From: Sedimentisphaerales bacterium
GTDB lineage: Bacteria > Planctomycetota > Phycisphaerae > Sedimentisphaerales > SM23-30
Direction: 5' to 3'
NCBI GenBank assembly: GCA_963663965.2
Contig: CAXXFK010000001.1
Location: 160,001-224,000 of the forward strand
Length of the DNA: 64,000 nt
Shown here: positions 43,601 to 54,382 of the stretch, piece by piece
Layout: each line of letters opens with the position of its first letter
Numbering within the stretch: the stretch's first letter is position 1
The notes under the pieces: generated by a model
The model's input: the letters and a program-made list of their open reading frames with translations, nothing else
Databases searched by the model: none
What the model was told of the DNA's origin: nothing
Position numbers and translations under genes: made by a program

Positions 43601-44089
43601 TTATATCGATAATCGCTGTCCAAATACCTTCCAGCAAATACGATCTAATTGTTCGATCTTATATCCAGCTTTTTTTTTGCTTTGTTTTCTGGTTTTCAAC
43701 CATAAATCACATGATGAACGCAATAAACCGGGACTGAGGAGGCTCATCACCGGAAATTTCAGGTTGGCGCCATGGCTCATTTCCAGGAGGACTTGTTGTT
43801 CTTCTCTTGTTAAGTCAAGATTTCCAAGCAGGTTATGAAATAAGTGATCCGCACGGGTCTTTTGATCGTGCACTAAGTGGCGATTCAAATACCATTGACG
43901 GATAACCAAGGCCATGGCCAGGAGAATGATCGCGCCGAAGAAAAACCAGAATGCTCCCAGATAGCCGCCTGACTGGGTAAATGAATTCTGGAACAGATTC
44001 AGTTTATCCGAGGGCCTGGACAGGGCCAGCGGCAAATTGAAATTATTCAGCCATTGATGGGTCAAAGTCGCAAAATGATCAGTGAACAT
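43601..44089 (-). CDS. Hypothetical single-pass membrane protein
   Basis: Overlaps the end of the HEAT-repeat gene; one strong TM segment. Confidence 0.6.
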   Translation of the reverse strand: MFTDHFATLTHQWLNNFNLPLALSRPSDKLNLFQNSFTQSGGYLGAFWFFFGAIILLAMALVIRQWYLNRHLVHDQKTRADHLFHNLLGNLDLTREEQQVLLEMSHGANLKFPVMSLLSPGLLRSSCDLWLKTRKQSKKKAGYKIEQLDRICWKVFGQRLSI

Positions 44090-45983
44090 TGAGGGGCTCC
44101 GGTCTGGGGGTATTCTTTTTCAAAAGATCCTGAATAGAAAAACTGGGAAACCGGACGGGTTCGATGGGTTTATCCGGTTTTTGTGCCTGTGGTCTCAAGG
44201 AGGCCAGTGTCTTATTCAGCAACCAGCGCGCGCTATGCTGATGGGCCGGCCTCTGGTCGGCCAACATGGTTTTGATCGCGGCACGGGCGTTTTCAGATTT
44301 CCATTTCAGCAGTACCTGGATTGCGTTAGCACGGACACGATTGTCTGGGTCATTAATGAGTGAGGCTATGTCGCGGCGGGCTTGCTGGATATTTTTGCGG
44401 CCGATGGCCTCGATGGCATTGGCGCGGACACGATTATCCATATCGTTCAGTGAATCCATAATACACTGCTGGGCCGTCTGGGTCAGGTTGCCCTGGATCT
44501 GGCCCAGGGCGGCGATAGCGCCGCTACGGATACGGGGGCTGGGATCGCGGGCCAGGGTACAGATTTTATCTTCGTGCTGACTGATAAGGCCCAGGGTGCG
44601 AGCGATTTTAAGTGTTTTGAGGCGAATTTCCTGTCTTGGATCAGAAACTTTTTCGCGCCAGCGGTCATGGGCCTGGGGATCGATTTTGAAGACCGCATGG
44701 CCAGCATTTTTTTGTTGCGGGAGGCTTAACCGTTCAAAACTGTTCCAGAAAGAGTCGAACGCGACCTGGCGATAGTAATTGCCAGCCAGTTCGCGAACAG
44801 CGCCATGAGTAGAATTGAGGTTCTGGATGATTAGCTTGCGAAACTGGGGCGGGCGACAATGGAGTAACTGCTTCATGGCCATAACGGCAACACTTTCGAA
44901 AGGTGATTTGAGACAGTAATCCAGGGCCAATAGTGAGAATTCGTCCGGCCGCATGGCCAGGGTTTCAAGAATACGACAGGCGATCGGTTCGGCAACCTGA
45001 TTGAGGTATGGCACCAGATAGGCATCGATATCGTTGGGATTGAGAGAAAAGGATTCGATCAGGTCGATGATCTTGATCTGGTGTTTTTCATTTAGTTTGT
45101 TCAGATCGATGATTTCGGATTTAAGCCAGTTGACTTTCCGGATTTTTTTGAGGGATTGCTCGACTTCTTTATCCAGATGGCCATTAAGCGAATCGGCGAT
45201 TTGCAGGATAAACTGAGGATTGGTTGACTGGGAGAGCGCGCGGATACAGGCCGGGCGGAGGAACGGAACACGGAATGATGATAAGACAAATAATGCCATA
45301 TCTTTATGATCGGCCTGCTGGACTTTTTCACGGATGATCTGGCCCATGCGATTGGTTGGGCGGAAGGTATGTTCCCAGAAAGACTGGCGGTCGGCTGGAA
45401 CTGCGAACATGGCAGCCCGGAGGACCTGATCGTGCTGATGAACCGGCCAGCCTTTGACGGCGGATTTGAGCGCGCGCAGCAGGTATTGACGTTCGGTAAG
45501 CTTACCGGGCATGACCAGGCCCTGTAAAACGCTTTCATCATCGTTGGAGATGAGATGGCGGTCGGCTTTAAAGTGGTGCCGGGTCAGGAGCAGCAGGGTG
45601 TTGGCGGCCATGCGGGCGATTTCGGGGTCATTATCTTTCAGCAGTGCAGCAACCGACTCGGCCAGGGAGGTATGACGGGTTTTCCAGATCAGGGTAAGGG
45701 CGTTGCGCCGGGCCTGGGATTCGGTACTGTCGGCGGCTCGAGCGATACCGCCGGCGATGCTATCGATGCGTTTCTGGAAAAGTTCCTGCCAGACAGGCGT
45801 CATCTGGTGATAGCGCTGGATCAGCTGGGCAACGGTGGCCGGGCGGCCCCGATCAATAATGGTTTCGAGGATCGCCGTGCGGTAGGGTTCTTCGGCCAGG
45901 TCGAGGCCTGTGAGCAGAGCTTCATCAGCGGACTCATTGCGGGTCGTTGCCAGAAATCGATATATTATGTTGGTCTGTTTCAC
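44079..45983 (-). CDS. HEAT-repeat protein
   Basis: Repeats DPSPRIRSGAIAALG, DMDNRVRANAIEAI, DPDNRVRANAIQVL; RBS GGAAG before GTG. Confidence 0.8.
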   Translation of the reverse strand: MKQTNIIYRFLATTRNESADEALLTGLDLAEEPYRTAILETIIDRGRPATVAQLIQRYHQMTPVWQELFQKRIDSIAGGIARAADSTESQARRNALTLIWKTRHTSLAESVAALLKDNDPEIARMAANTLLLLTRHHFKADRHLISNDDESVLQGLVMPGKLTERQYLLRALKSAVKGWPVHQHDQVLRAAMFAVPADRQSFWEHTFRPTNRMGQIIREKVQQADHKDMALFVLSSFRVPFLRPACIRALSQSTNPQFILQIADSLNGHLDKEVEQSLKKIRKVNWLKSEIIDLNKLNEKHQIKIIDLIESFSLNPNDIDAYLVPYLNQVAEPIACRILETLAMRPDEFSLLALDYCLKSPFESVAVMAMKQLLHCRPPQFRKLIIQNLNSTHGAVRELAGNYYRQVAFDSFWNSFERLSLPQQKNAGHAVFKIDPQAHDRWREKVSDPRQEIRLKTLKIARTLGLISQHEDKICTLARDPSPRIRSGAIAALGQIQGNLTQTAQQCIMDSLNDMDNRVRANAIEAIGRKNIQQARRDIASLINDPDNRVRANAIQVLLKWKSENARAAIKTMLADQRPAHQHSARWLLNKTLASLRPQAQKPDKPIEPVRFPSFSIQDLLKKNTPRPEPLNVH

Positions 45984-46226
45984 TGGTCTTCCTTGTATCT
46001 GTATTATCGGCTAAAAGGAATGGGAACCTGAATTAATGGTCCTATAATGAGAGGAAAAACCAGATATCATTGAAGGGATACCAATCCGGCCATGGACTGT
46101 CCAAATATTGAGAAAATCCTGGGGCAGACTGGATCGAAGGGATTTGGATGAGCCGTATTGAAACATGAATTTGAATTTTGTCTTAACTTGTTTTATTTAT
46201 TTTAGTTATCGCTGGATTATTTATCG

Positions 46227-46616
46227 TTGGGTTCGTTTAGTTTCGGGTCGTTGATGGTTACTGATGGCTGATTGGGTGGGATGAATCAAGCAATTCCATG
46301 AATCTTGATTTTGGATGCTCCAGTTATCTGATGGTTCAGGCTGGCTGAGAAAATGGATCTGTAATATTGCCATATATTATTTTATAGTATGTGGTTATGG
46401 TAATATTTTGGCCGATTGGGTTCGTTTGGATTCAGGCCGTTTTTTTAAAGGAAACTGGCCGAACCACGCATTAACTCTAATACACACTAATTTAAGATAT
46501 AAAGCCATAAGCTTGATGTGAACATCGATTGGAACTCAAACCTATTAGAATTTAAACGATATAAGTGGCTTTATGCAAGCTAGATATGATTATTTTTGCT
46601 AAGATTGGGTTCGTTT
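46227..46616 (-). repeat. Three copies of AAACGAACCCAA at 189-bp period
   Basis: TTGGGTTCGTTT at 46227, 46416 and 46605; the same motif occurs on + at 38287, 38533 and (11/12) 38787. Confidence 0.85.
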
Positions 46617-46655
46617 GGCAGTCCGTGATGGATTTGATGGAGAATCGGAATTAAT

Positions 46656-46678
46656 CTCGGGCAGGATGCCCGAGCCAC
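46656..46678. repeat. REP-like palindrome
   Basis: CTCGGGCA-GGA-TGCCCGAG-CCAC. Confidence 0.6.
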
Positions 46679-46713
46679 GTATTGGGCGGCCCTATTTTTG
46701 CTATTGTATTTGA

Positions 46714-46726
46714 TTGTCAAAGAGCG
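46714..46726 (-). promoter_or_regulatory. boxA-like antitermination element
   Basis: CGCTCTTTGACAA on the minus strand versus the boxA consensus TGCTCTTTAACA, about 55 nt downstream of the predicted start site. Confidence 0.6.
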
Positions 46727-46788
46727 TTTTTTTTACGTTAAGAAACGTGTGCTCCGATCTTTTGGGGGGAGGGTAACCAGTCTGGAAG

Positions 46789-46817
46789 ATTATAGGGCAT
46801 GGTTTTGTATTTGTCAA
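46789..46817 (-). promoter_or_regulatory. Perfect-consensus sigma70 promoter
   Basis: Minus strand TTGACA-AATACAAAACCATGCCC(17)-TATAAT. Confidence 0.85.
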
Positions 46818-47046
46818 ATATATTGTTTAGTATTTCATTAGAATAATATTTATAAATTGGGTAGTGATGGATTGGTAGAGTTAGTTATATAAGAGGGGTA
46901 CTGTTCTATGATTGAGGACGTTATATATAAGGTCATTTGGGTGACATCAGTGATCTATATTGACATCAACGGCCGGGGCAGGCAAGCTAATGAGTAGGCA
47001 AGTATGAAAAACGGAACAGCCTTATAATGCGGAGGGGCGAAGAGGC

Positions 47047-47082
47047 AAAAAAGCCGCCTTCGAAGGAGATGAAAGGCGGCTT
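47047..47082 (-). terminator. Intrinsic terminator after the FGE/CARDB genes
   Basis: AAGCCGCCTT stem followed by a T-run on the minus strand. Confidence 0.75.
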
Positions 47083-47108
47083 GAGAGAAAGCGATAGTTA
47101 GCTTTAAT

Positions 47109-48194
47109 TTAGCGGCATACACGGAATCCTAAATTCACATATGGCAAGCCAGGATTGGTGCCATACCTTAAATCCACCGTACAACTGGCCTGTTTGTCAT
47201 CCCAACTCCCGCCCCGAAGAACAAAGTATTTGTTATCATCGGATTTCGAGCTGGTCCATTCCTCCAGACATTGCCCATCATGTCGCAAATATCATACCCA
47301 AAAACACCATATGAACCAACAGGTGTGGTCCCATGCGGGTGTGTTGAATCAAGATAATTAGCCTGGCTATTATTCGAGGTTGGGCCACAGCCATAGTTGA
47401 AAGTGCCATCATAATCGGCTACAGCCTGCCATTCCCATTCTGTTGGCAGGCGATAACCGTAATAACCACAGAACGCTAAAGCGCCATTCACACTCAGGTA
47501 GGTTACCGGGTGATTCTCAAAACCTGCTGACACAACAAACTTAGAGCCATTAAAAGATATTCTGGCCGCTCCCCCGTTCACCGCACCATTGTAAGTCTTA
47601 CCCGATTGATTCATTACATAATACTTTACACCGATATAGTCCGTACCACTATTGGTACCGCTGGCGCCAAGAATGTTATTCCCTGAAATCACTATATCGC
47701 CAGTAACTTTGGCATCGTTGAGAAATTGACAATATTGAGCGTTCGTTGTTTCATATTTACTGATGTAACCGGTGAAACCTTCATGACCAGCAACACCTGG
47801 ATCATTATTAATGAAAACCCAGACCATACTTAGCGGATCGGTATAGTCATCGGCGGTGACCTTGACGCGATAGTTGTCGCCATAAGCGCCGGGCAGGTCA
47901 GTCTTGCTGGCCCACTGGATTGATCTTCTACCGGAACTGACATTGACCAGGCTGCCCGAAAGAGCGGAAGCGGAAGGAGTGATATCCCAAGTGGAACCCC
48001 CATCGGAACTAACCTGTATAGAAACAGAACAACTATCTCCGTCCATATCGGAAAGGGTATAATAAATATCCACGATCCCACTGCCGTCGGTTCCGCTGGA
48101 AAGAGGAGACATTAGTAACAGAGGGTGATGTGTTGGCCAAAACTGTCGATATGCACCAGCAAGATAACAATATTAATAATGATGAGTATTTCAT
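47109..48194 (-). CDS. Secreted Ig-like + FGE-sulfatase/CLec-fold protein, paralog 1 (two frameshifts)
   Basis: Signal peptide from ATG 48194; QRTDGSGIVDIYY; KYETTNAQY, HPVT, RLPTEWEW, DMMGNV.EW, LRGGSW, GFRVCR. Indels near 48091 and 47262. Confidence 0.85.
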
Positions 48195-48238
48195 TTTAAG
48201 TCCCTTTTATATTATTCAAAATCGATCATTGATTATAA

Positions 48239-51200
48239 TCAGTGGAGCCAGTAATGAGCGAACTGTATGAAATCTTCCAGATCTACGAAGTTGTCATGAG
48301 GAATGGGAGCAATGTCTGCTGATGGAGTTCCAGGTATTTGCAGCCATTGTTCGATCAAGACCAATAAATCTATAAAATCCACATCTCCGTCTGGTTCAAA
48401 GTCTGAAGGTGCAAAAAAAATAACACTGGCTGTATCATTGATTAATGTCCACTTCGTCATTGCCCGAAGAATCAGGATTGGCAATAATATCGACTCTCCC
48501 GATGTCTACAGTCTGGGACATGGATATATCAATATCAGCAGAATCGCCTGGATTTAAAGCCGGAATAGAATTTTCGCCCAGATTCATGGCGTTGTACATT
48601 ACACGAACGATATTGGGATCACTGGGCTTGGCACCGACATTTCGAATTGATATCGAAGCAACAGTTCCATTGACTTCAGCACTCCACTGCTCTGCTTGCA
48701 AGTCTGGCAAAACGGGTATTTGACCAGTTTTCGCATTGTCATTTTCCTGCGATTCTTCTACCACATCCTCTGAATCAGCAATAACAAATAAGTCATAGAC
48801 GCCGTCCGCTTCACCGGTTACATCCCACTGGAACTGAACATCAACCGTATCTCCGGTTGATACATTATCAACGGTTGTCGTACAGATTACAGGCCCTGAT
48901 TTATCATCTTTTCGAACCTCGCATGTAAACGAGCCGCTGTCCATAGAACCGATGTTTTTAATGCCAAAGCCAACAATTACATTGTTTTCCGTCGGATATC
49001 CAATGGCAACGGGCTTCTGAACAAGCAGGTTTACAGCAAAGGGCATTGCATACGCTGTATTATTGAAAGTGTCATCTGTTTCAGGAATCGTATTATTTGA
49101 ATCAATCACAACATAAATCGGATGCGGCTGACCATTGCTGGGGACATTCCATAATGTGCTTACCGTAGAGGTCTGCCCAGGAAGCATCTGGTTAATTGTT
49201 TGTACATCAATCAGGTTGCCATCCACAACAGGATTTCCATCATATATTTTCACTTCCACATCTGCCACTGTGAAATCACCACTCAGATGAATACTTGCAT
49301 GAATCACACTATTGGCATCCGGAACAGGTTTCAGGATCAAATGTAATATCATTGGATTTGATATACAAATCTTTGGCCGGTGTATGTTCCATCAGGTAAA
49401 TATCGGATAACCCTATGACTGGAGGATTGTACGGGTCCGATAGATCGATTCTCCGTTTCACATAGGAAGCCAGAATATTTCCTCCGCTTTCTGAAAGCGA
49501 AATCATCGTTTCCGCCCCTTGGTCGTGGGTAATCTGTTGCGGTGAACCCCATTGCATCAACTCCGCATCATAGACGCTGTAATAAATGTCCGAAAATTCC
49601 TGCGACGCTGCAACCCAGAAAAAAACTACCTTCCCAGCTGCATTCTTAAACAATTTTGGCTCCGTAATTCCATCATATTCAAAAGCTATTGTCGGGGTTA
49701 TCCAACGGCCATCTTCGTATTCACTATACCAAAGCTGATCAATATATGTGTCCAGATTCGGATCACTAAAGGTCATAGGAACCATCCGTTTGACCCAAGT
49801 GAGCATTGGCACTCCGGAATCATTTATCACCATTTGAGCCGCACTATCAGACAAGGTGTCATTGCTGAGTCGCTGTTCACTCTCCCAACTCCCTCCTAAC
49901 AACCGTTTATTCACATAAACATCTCGGTCTTCAGCAGTACCAGAATTGTTATCAATATCCTTCAGATATGCCATATATTCGTAGGTCGCATCCTGAGTTA
50001 CTGACGGCGGCGAAACTGCAACTAATTCAGATGCTATCGTATAAGGTGTTCCAAACGATGTGCCGTTCCAGTCAGATGCCATGATGTTAACTAACGGCAT
50101 GATTTCTTCATCATACCAGACTGGAATTGCATTGTTTGGACTGGCAACCCAGCATGCCCGTAGCGTCCCATTTGATTTTGTGTCAAACCAAGGCAGCATA
50201 TCGACATAACTGTTACTGGTGATTTGCTGTGGGGTTTCCCAAGTACCGCCTCCACTATCAAAAGAGGAATATACTATTTCGAGACCTGGTAAAATGTCGC
50301 GGGGACCTGTCTCTGAGCCTGTGGGTTCAGGACCGCTAACCCAGACAGCCAGTTCTTTTCCCGCAGAATCTATTTTAGCAACTGGCTGTATATCCGGATT
50401 GAGGTTGTCAGTCAACGGTGCATGTGCCGTCCAACTTGAACCATTCCATCGAGCATAGTAAATTTCCTGATGTTTTCCTGTAGGTTTAACTGTGTCATCA
50501 TAAACAAACACCAACAGTCCATTGTCATTAGTTGCGGCTATAGAGGGCATCGGTCCGGAACCAACGTTTAGAATCGGATCGGGCAGACCGCCTACGGACA
50601 TTAACTGGAAATATCCCATTGGAGTCAAAATCTTATCTGGAAAGACACAATAACCTTCATTCGCATTCAAATAATCACGATCAACAGGAACAATTTGACG
50701 TTGTCCCGAAGGGCACACCATTGCCATCATGGCTCCTGTTTCGGGACAGGTATATAAATTAAATGTCCAATTCTCTTCCCACTTCCACCAGAAGGACTCA
50801 ACTACGAAACGAGCCTTCAGATCGAAAGCCACCTGCTTGATATATTCATTCATACAACATTGATCAGCATTGGGTGGGAACTGGATTATAACTGAGGGTC
50901 TGCCTCCAATGGTCCCGGCAATATAATAAATACTACCTTCAGATCCTGCGCCCACGGTACCAGATACATTTATCCCCAATTCAAGCTCAACATCTTTAAA
51001 TTTTAATCCAGCAACCAAGGCAGGCTCTCCTTGCTCCATCGAAATTGTACCAATAATTTCAGGTTTTATGCTTGCTTGAAAATATGGACAATATCCTGTA
51101 TGGCAACACCCAGTCCATTGACATAGTAAAGGTACTCGTGGAAACTTAAATTCAAATGCTCCTGCCAATTCAGCCGAAACATCCGTTAGTCTAAACTCCG

Positions 51201-52005
51201 GATAAAATTCGGCATCACCTGATAAAGCGGCAGATATCTCAGCTTTACGTTCTTTCCCGCACGCGAGTTCTGCTCCCCATCGTCCACCAAGACCAAAAGA
51301 ACCAGTAATACCCGCTACACCGTCAAAACGAGGCTGAGCAGCTATCTCCCATTCGAAATTCAACGGGTGTAAAGTAACTCCGTACTGTCCTCCGATCTCA
51401 GGGATACTCTCAGGAATTGAAAGAGGTTTACCAGGACGTTCCTTTAGCAGTTCGACTTTCCCGAATAATGTTAATTTGCCTGAAGTTGGACTAACTGTAT
51501 AGCCTATACCAGGCGAAAATCCTGGTTCTTGGTCATCTTTGAAGCGGTACACCCATTCAGGAAGCATGAAACCCCAAATATTCATTTTTGAAATGGATGA
51601 AACTGTCCCATCTGCTGCAACCGCATAAACCTGCAATTCATTTTTTTCACCGCTAGTAGAATAATTCAGATCTTGGCCCATATCAAATGTTGTTTGAGCA
51701 GTTGTACCGCTTGTCTGAACTGCTTTGGTTTGTCCATTCAGCTTAAATACGACTTTGGATGGTGTTGATACATCCCAATCGACAGTTGCTGTAATGGTGT
51801 TGATGACTTCCAAATCCTTGGGAAAAACTCCCTGATATGTCGCTTCCAGAGAAGTAATCCGCATTCCACTACCGGTTCGATTGTCTATGGTAAAGATATT
51901 AGACACTCCATCCCCTGTTCCAGCTGGGGACAACTCCGTGCGAATTAATACCATCATCAGTAAAATGCTGATTCTCAATCCTGTTTTGGTCCGTAAAGTC
52001 AACAT
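48239..52005 (-). CDS. Large secreted protein with CARDB-like domains and a double dockerin-like tail (two frameshifts)
   Basis: ORFs 49309-52005, 48435-49352 and 48239-48484 join end to end; VIDSNNTIPETDD..NN and ADSEDVVEESQENDN CARDB motifs; tail DFEPDGDVDFIDL...DNFVDLEDF. Confidence 0.75.
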
Positions 52006-52251
52006 GGTGTTCTCCTGTTTATTTGAGTATTATTCTATTCTATAATCGCCTCAGGCAATTTTTCTCCGCCAACTGAACAGGGGATTCGGCAATACCCCTG
52101 CTAAACCTGCCTAGCATTGTTACGCGTATTCGGTCGCCAAGCACACGCTTGGCTGGCTCCAGACATCACCGAAGATTTTCCATACCGCATCAATCATTTC
52201 TGTAAATATCATCATTCTGAGCTTGTGGGCTAAATCCAGGCAAGCAACCAC

Positions 52252-53370
52252 TCAACGGCACACCCGGAATCCTAGGCCGTAGTTCCTGCTGTCGGGTTTG
52301 TTGTTGGTCCTGCTCGAAACCGAACATCTGTCGGCGTCGTTGCCCATACTGCCGCCGCGGACAACGCGATTGCTGTTATTGGGTGTACTAGTCCACTCCC
52401 AGACATTGCCGGCCATATCCGCCATGCCATAGCCATAGGTGCCGAAGGCGCCGACAGCGGTAGTACCATAGGGATGGATTGAGCCAGAATAGTTGGCTTT
52501 GCTGTTACTGATCGTCGTGCCGCACCCATAGGTGTAGCTGCCATTATAATCCGCCACCGCCTGCCATTCCCATTCGGTGGGCAGTCGCCAGCCGTAATAG
52601 CTCGCGAATGCAGTCGCACCATACCAACTCACATAAGTCACCGGATGGTTCTCAAAACCGCTGTCTACGGTAAACGCACTGCCGGTCCAGTTGATCCGGG
52701 CGGCGCCGCCGTTGGTCGCGCCATTGAAAGTGTAACCCGATCCGGCAAGGTTGTAATAAACCTGACCGGCAAAGTCAGTGCCGCTATTAGAACCGCTGGC
52801 GCCATTCACATCACTATCGATAACGACAATGTCGCCAGTGGCCTTGGCAGCGTTGAGGAACTGGCAATACTGCGCGTTGGTGGTCTCATATTTACTCATA
52901 TAGCCATTAAATCCCTCATGACCGGAAATGCCAGGATCGTTGATGGGAACCCAGACCAAACCGGCCGGTCCGGAGTTATCGTCGGCGGTGACCTTGACGC
53001 GGTAATTAGTCCCATAAGCGCCGGGCAGATCGGTTTTGCTGGCCCACTGGATCGTGCGGCGGCCGGGGGTGACATTGGTCAGGCTGCCGGTGAGTGCACT
53101 GGCGGTGGGGGTAATCGCCCAGGTGGAACCGCTATCGGAACTGACCTGTACGGAGATGGAGCATTTATCCGCATCGCCATCCGAGAGGGTGTAAGAAATG
53201 TCCACAATCCCGCTGCCGTCAGTGCGTTGCACGGCCGAGACATTGTTGATCGTGGGATCGGAATTGGCCCATAACGAAACAATGGGCAGGAGGCAGAAGG
53301 TAAAAGTGAACAGCCAGAAGCGGGGAGCCGGAAGTAAATGAAAGGAGGCTACCATCGTCTTTTTCATCAT
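52252..53370 (-). CDS. Secreted Ig-like + FGE-sulfatase/CLec-fold protein, paralog 2
   Basis: RBS AAAGGA; HPVTYVSWYGA, RLPTEWEW, DMAGNVWEW, RVVRGGS, GFRVCR. Confidence 0.9.
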   Translation of the reverse strand: MMKKTMVASFHLLPAPRFWLFTFTFCLLPIVSLWANSDPTINNVSAVQRTDGSGIVDISYTLSDGDADKCSISVQVSSDSGSTWAITPTASALTGSLTNVTPGRRTIQWASKTDLPGAYGTNYRVKVTADDNSGPAGLVWVPINDPGISGHEGFNGYMSKYETTNAQYCQFLNAAKATGDIVVIDSDVNGASGSNSGTDFAGQVYYNLAGSGYTFNGATNGGAARINWTGSAFTVDSGFENHPVTYVSWYGATAFASYYGWRLPTEWEWQAVADYNGSYTYGCGTTISNSKANYSGSIHPYGTTAVGAFGTYGYGMADMAGNVWEWTSTPNNSNRVVRGGSMGNDADRCSVSSRTNNKPDSRNYGLGFRVCR

Positions 53371-53706
53371 CAGATCCTTTCTGAGAAGGAGAAAACCTTT
53401 AATAATTCCGAATAGGTGTTTTTTAATTTTATCATCTCTATGAATACAAAACAATCGTGGTAAATACGGTATTGGGAACTTTTTTTGAAAAAAGATTAAG
53501 AAGATAGGGGATATAGATAATTTGGGTTATTTGTTGTTGGGAATTATCAATCAGCTGGCGGTTAGCAGGGAAAAAAGAAGAAAAGGCGAAAAGCCAAAGA
53601 GTTGAAAAGAGAAAATGGCAGGTGAACTGCAGAGAAATCTGAAAGCAGAAGCCCATGGCAAAGGATAAAGCGAGTGTCATACCGCAGAATAATTCGGATA
53701 AGATTA

Positions 53707-53852
53707 AACGGACTAGCACGGACTCACACGGACCTGCACAGACTGACTCAGGGCGGTCAGGCCGCAACCAAAGAAGAAATAGTTCACACAAAGCCGCGAA
53801 GCCACGAAGGTTAACAGCCGTTTAGACAGGATCACAGGATCAACAGGATAAA
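53707..53852 (-). repeat. Inverted copy of the tandem-repeat mosaic
   Basis: Minus strand ATCCTGTTG-ATCCTGTG-ATCCTGTC-TAAACGGCTGTT-AACCTTCGTGGCTTCGCGGC, and GTCCGTGTGAGTCCGTGCTAGTCCGT. Confidence 0.65.
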
Positions 53853-54010
53853 AGTTCGGGACCATTAAAATATCTTATAAGATGTAGTAATTACTTTGCT
53901 TATAAAACATAAGAACAAAAAGCTTGCTAAGAAAACAAAGAAATGATGGATTGTAGTACGGACAGGCATAGGGGGTAGACAAGACAGGGAGAAGAGATTT
54001 GATATTTGAC

Positions 54011-54088
54011 ATTGCAGAAATCTGATGATGAATGACATTGGTCAGCTGGGATTTGTGTGGATGTAATCATGAGGGGAATGCACGGACA
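54011..54088 (+). repeat. ~80-bp degenerate direct repeat, copy 1 (copy 2 at 63294-63377)
   Basis: Shared core GGAT.TAATCA.GAGGGGAATGCACGGACA plus upstream ATTGCA...TCTGAT...ATGA.ATTGG...GC.GGGATT. Confidence 0.65.
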
Positions 54089-54382
54089 GTGGGGAACAGA
54101 AACGCCCATGAATGGCGCCTGCACGGAGGGATAATAGCAATTGAACTTTTTGTTTTATTAACAGAGGGAAATTATTTATAATAAGGCGACAGGATAACAG
54201 GATTGACAGAATGGTGTAGAAAGAAATGGCAAGAATGATTAAAAATGGTTATTGAAGAAATCGAAGTGATGCATAACAACCTATGATATAACCGCCTTTT
54301 TACCATGAAGATATTGAAAGGCATGAAAAGCTAGAGGAATAATAAGGGAATTTTGATCAAACGTTGAATCACTGCATATTTA

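Noticed and set aside
46227..46616. CRISPR array
   Set aside because: The repeat is only 12 bp, the spacers are 177 bp, and no cas genes are present; kept as an unexplained array instead.
37196..46726. rRNA operon leaders implied by the boxA sites
   Set aside because: No 16S, 23S, 5S or tRNA sequence follows any of the boxA-like sites.
47109..53370. Complete diversity-generating retroelement, with one paralog serving as template
   Set aside because: No reverse transcriptase, Avd or non-coding template repeat in the window, and the two 3' ends differ at many non-adenine positions.
54100..54382. RiPP precursor peptide for the radical SAM pair
   Set aside because: No convincing short ORF with an RBS, and the enzymes show no SPASM or RRE features.
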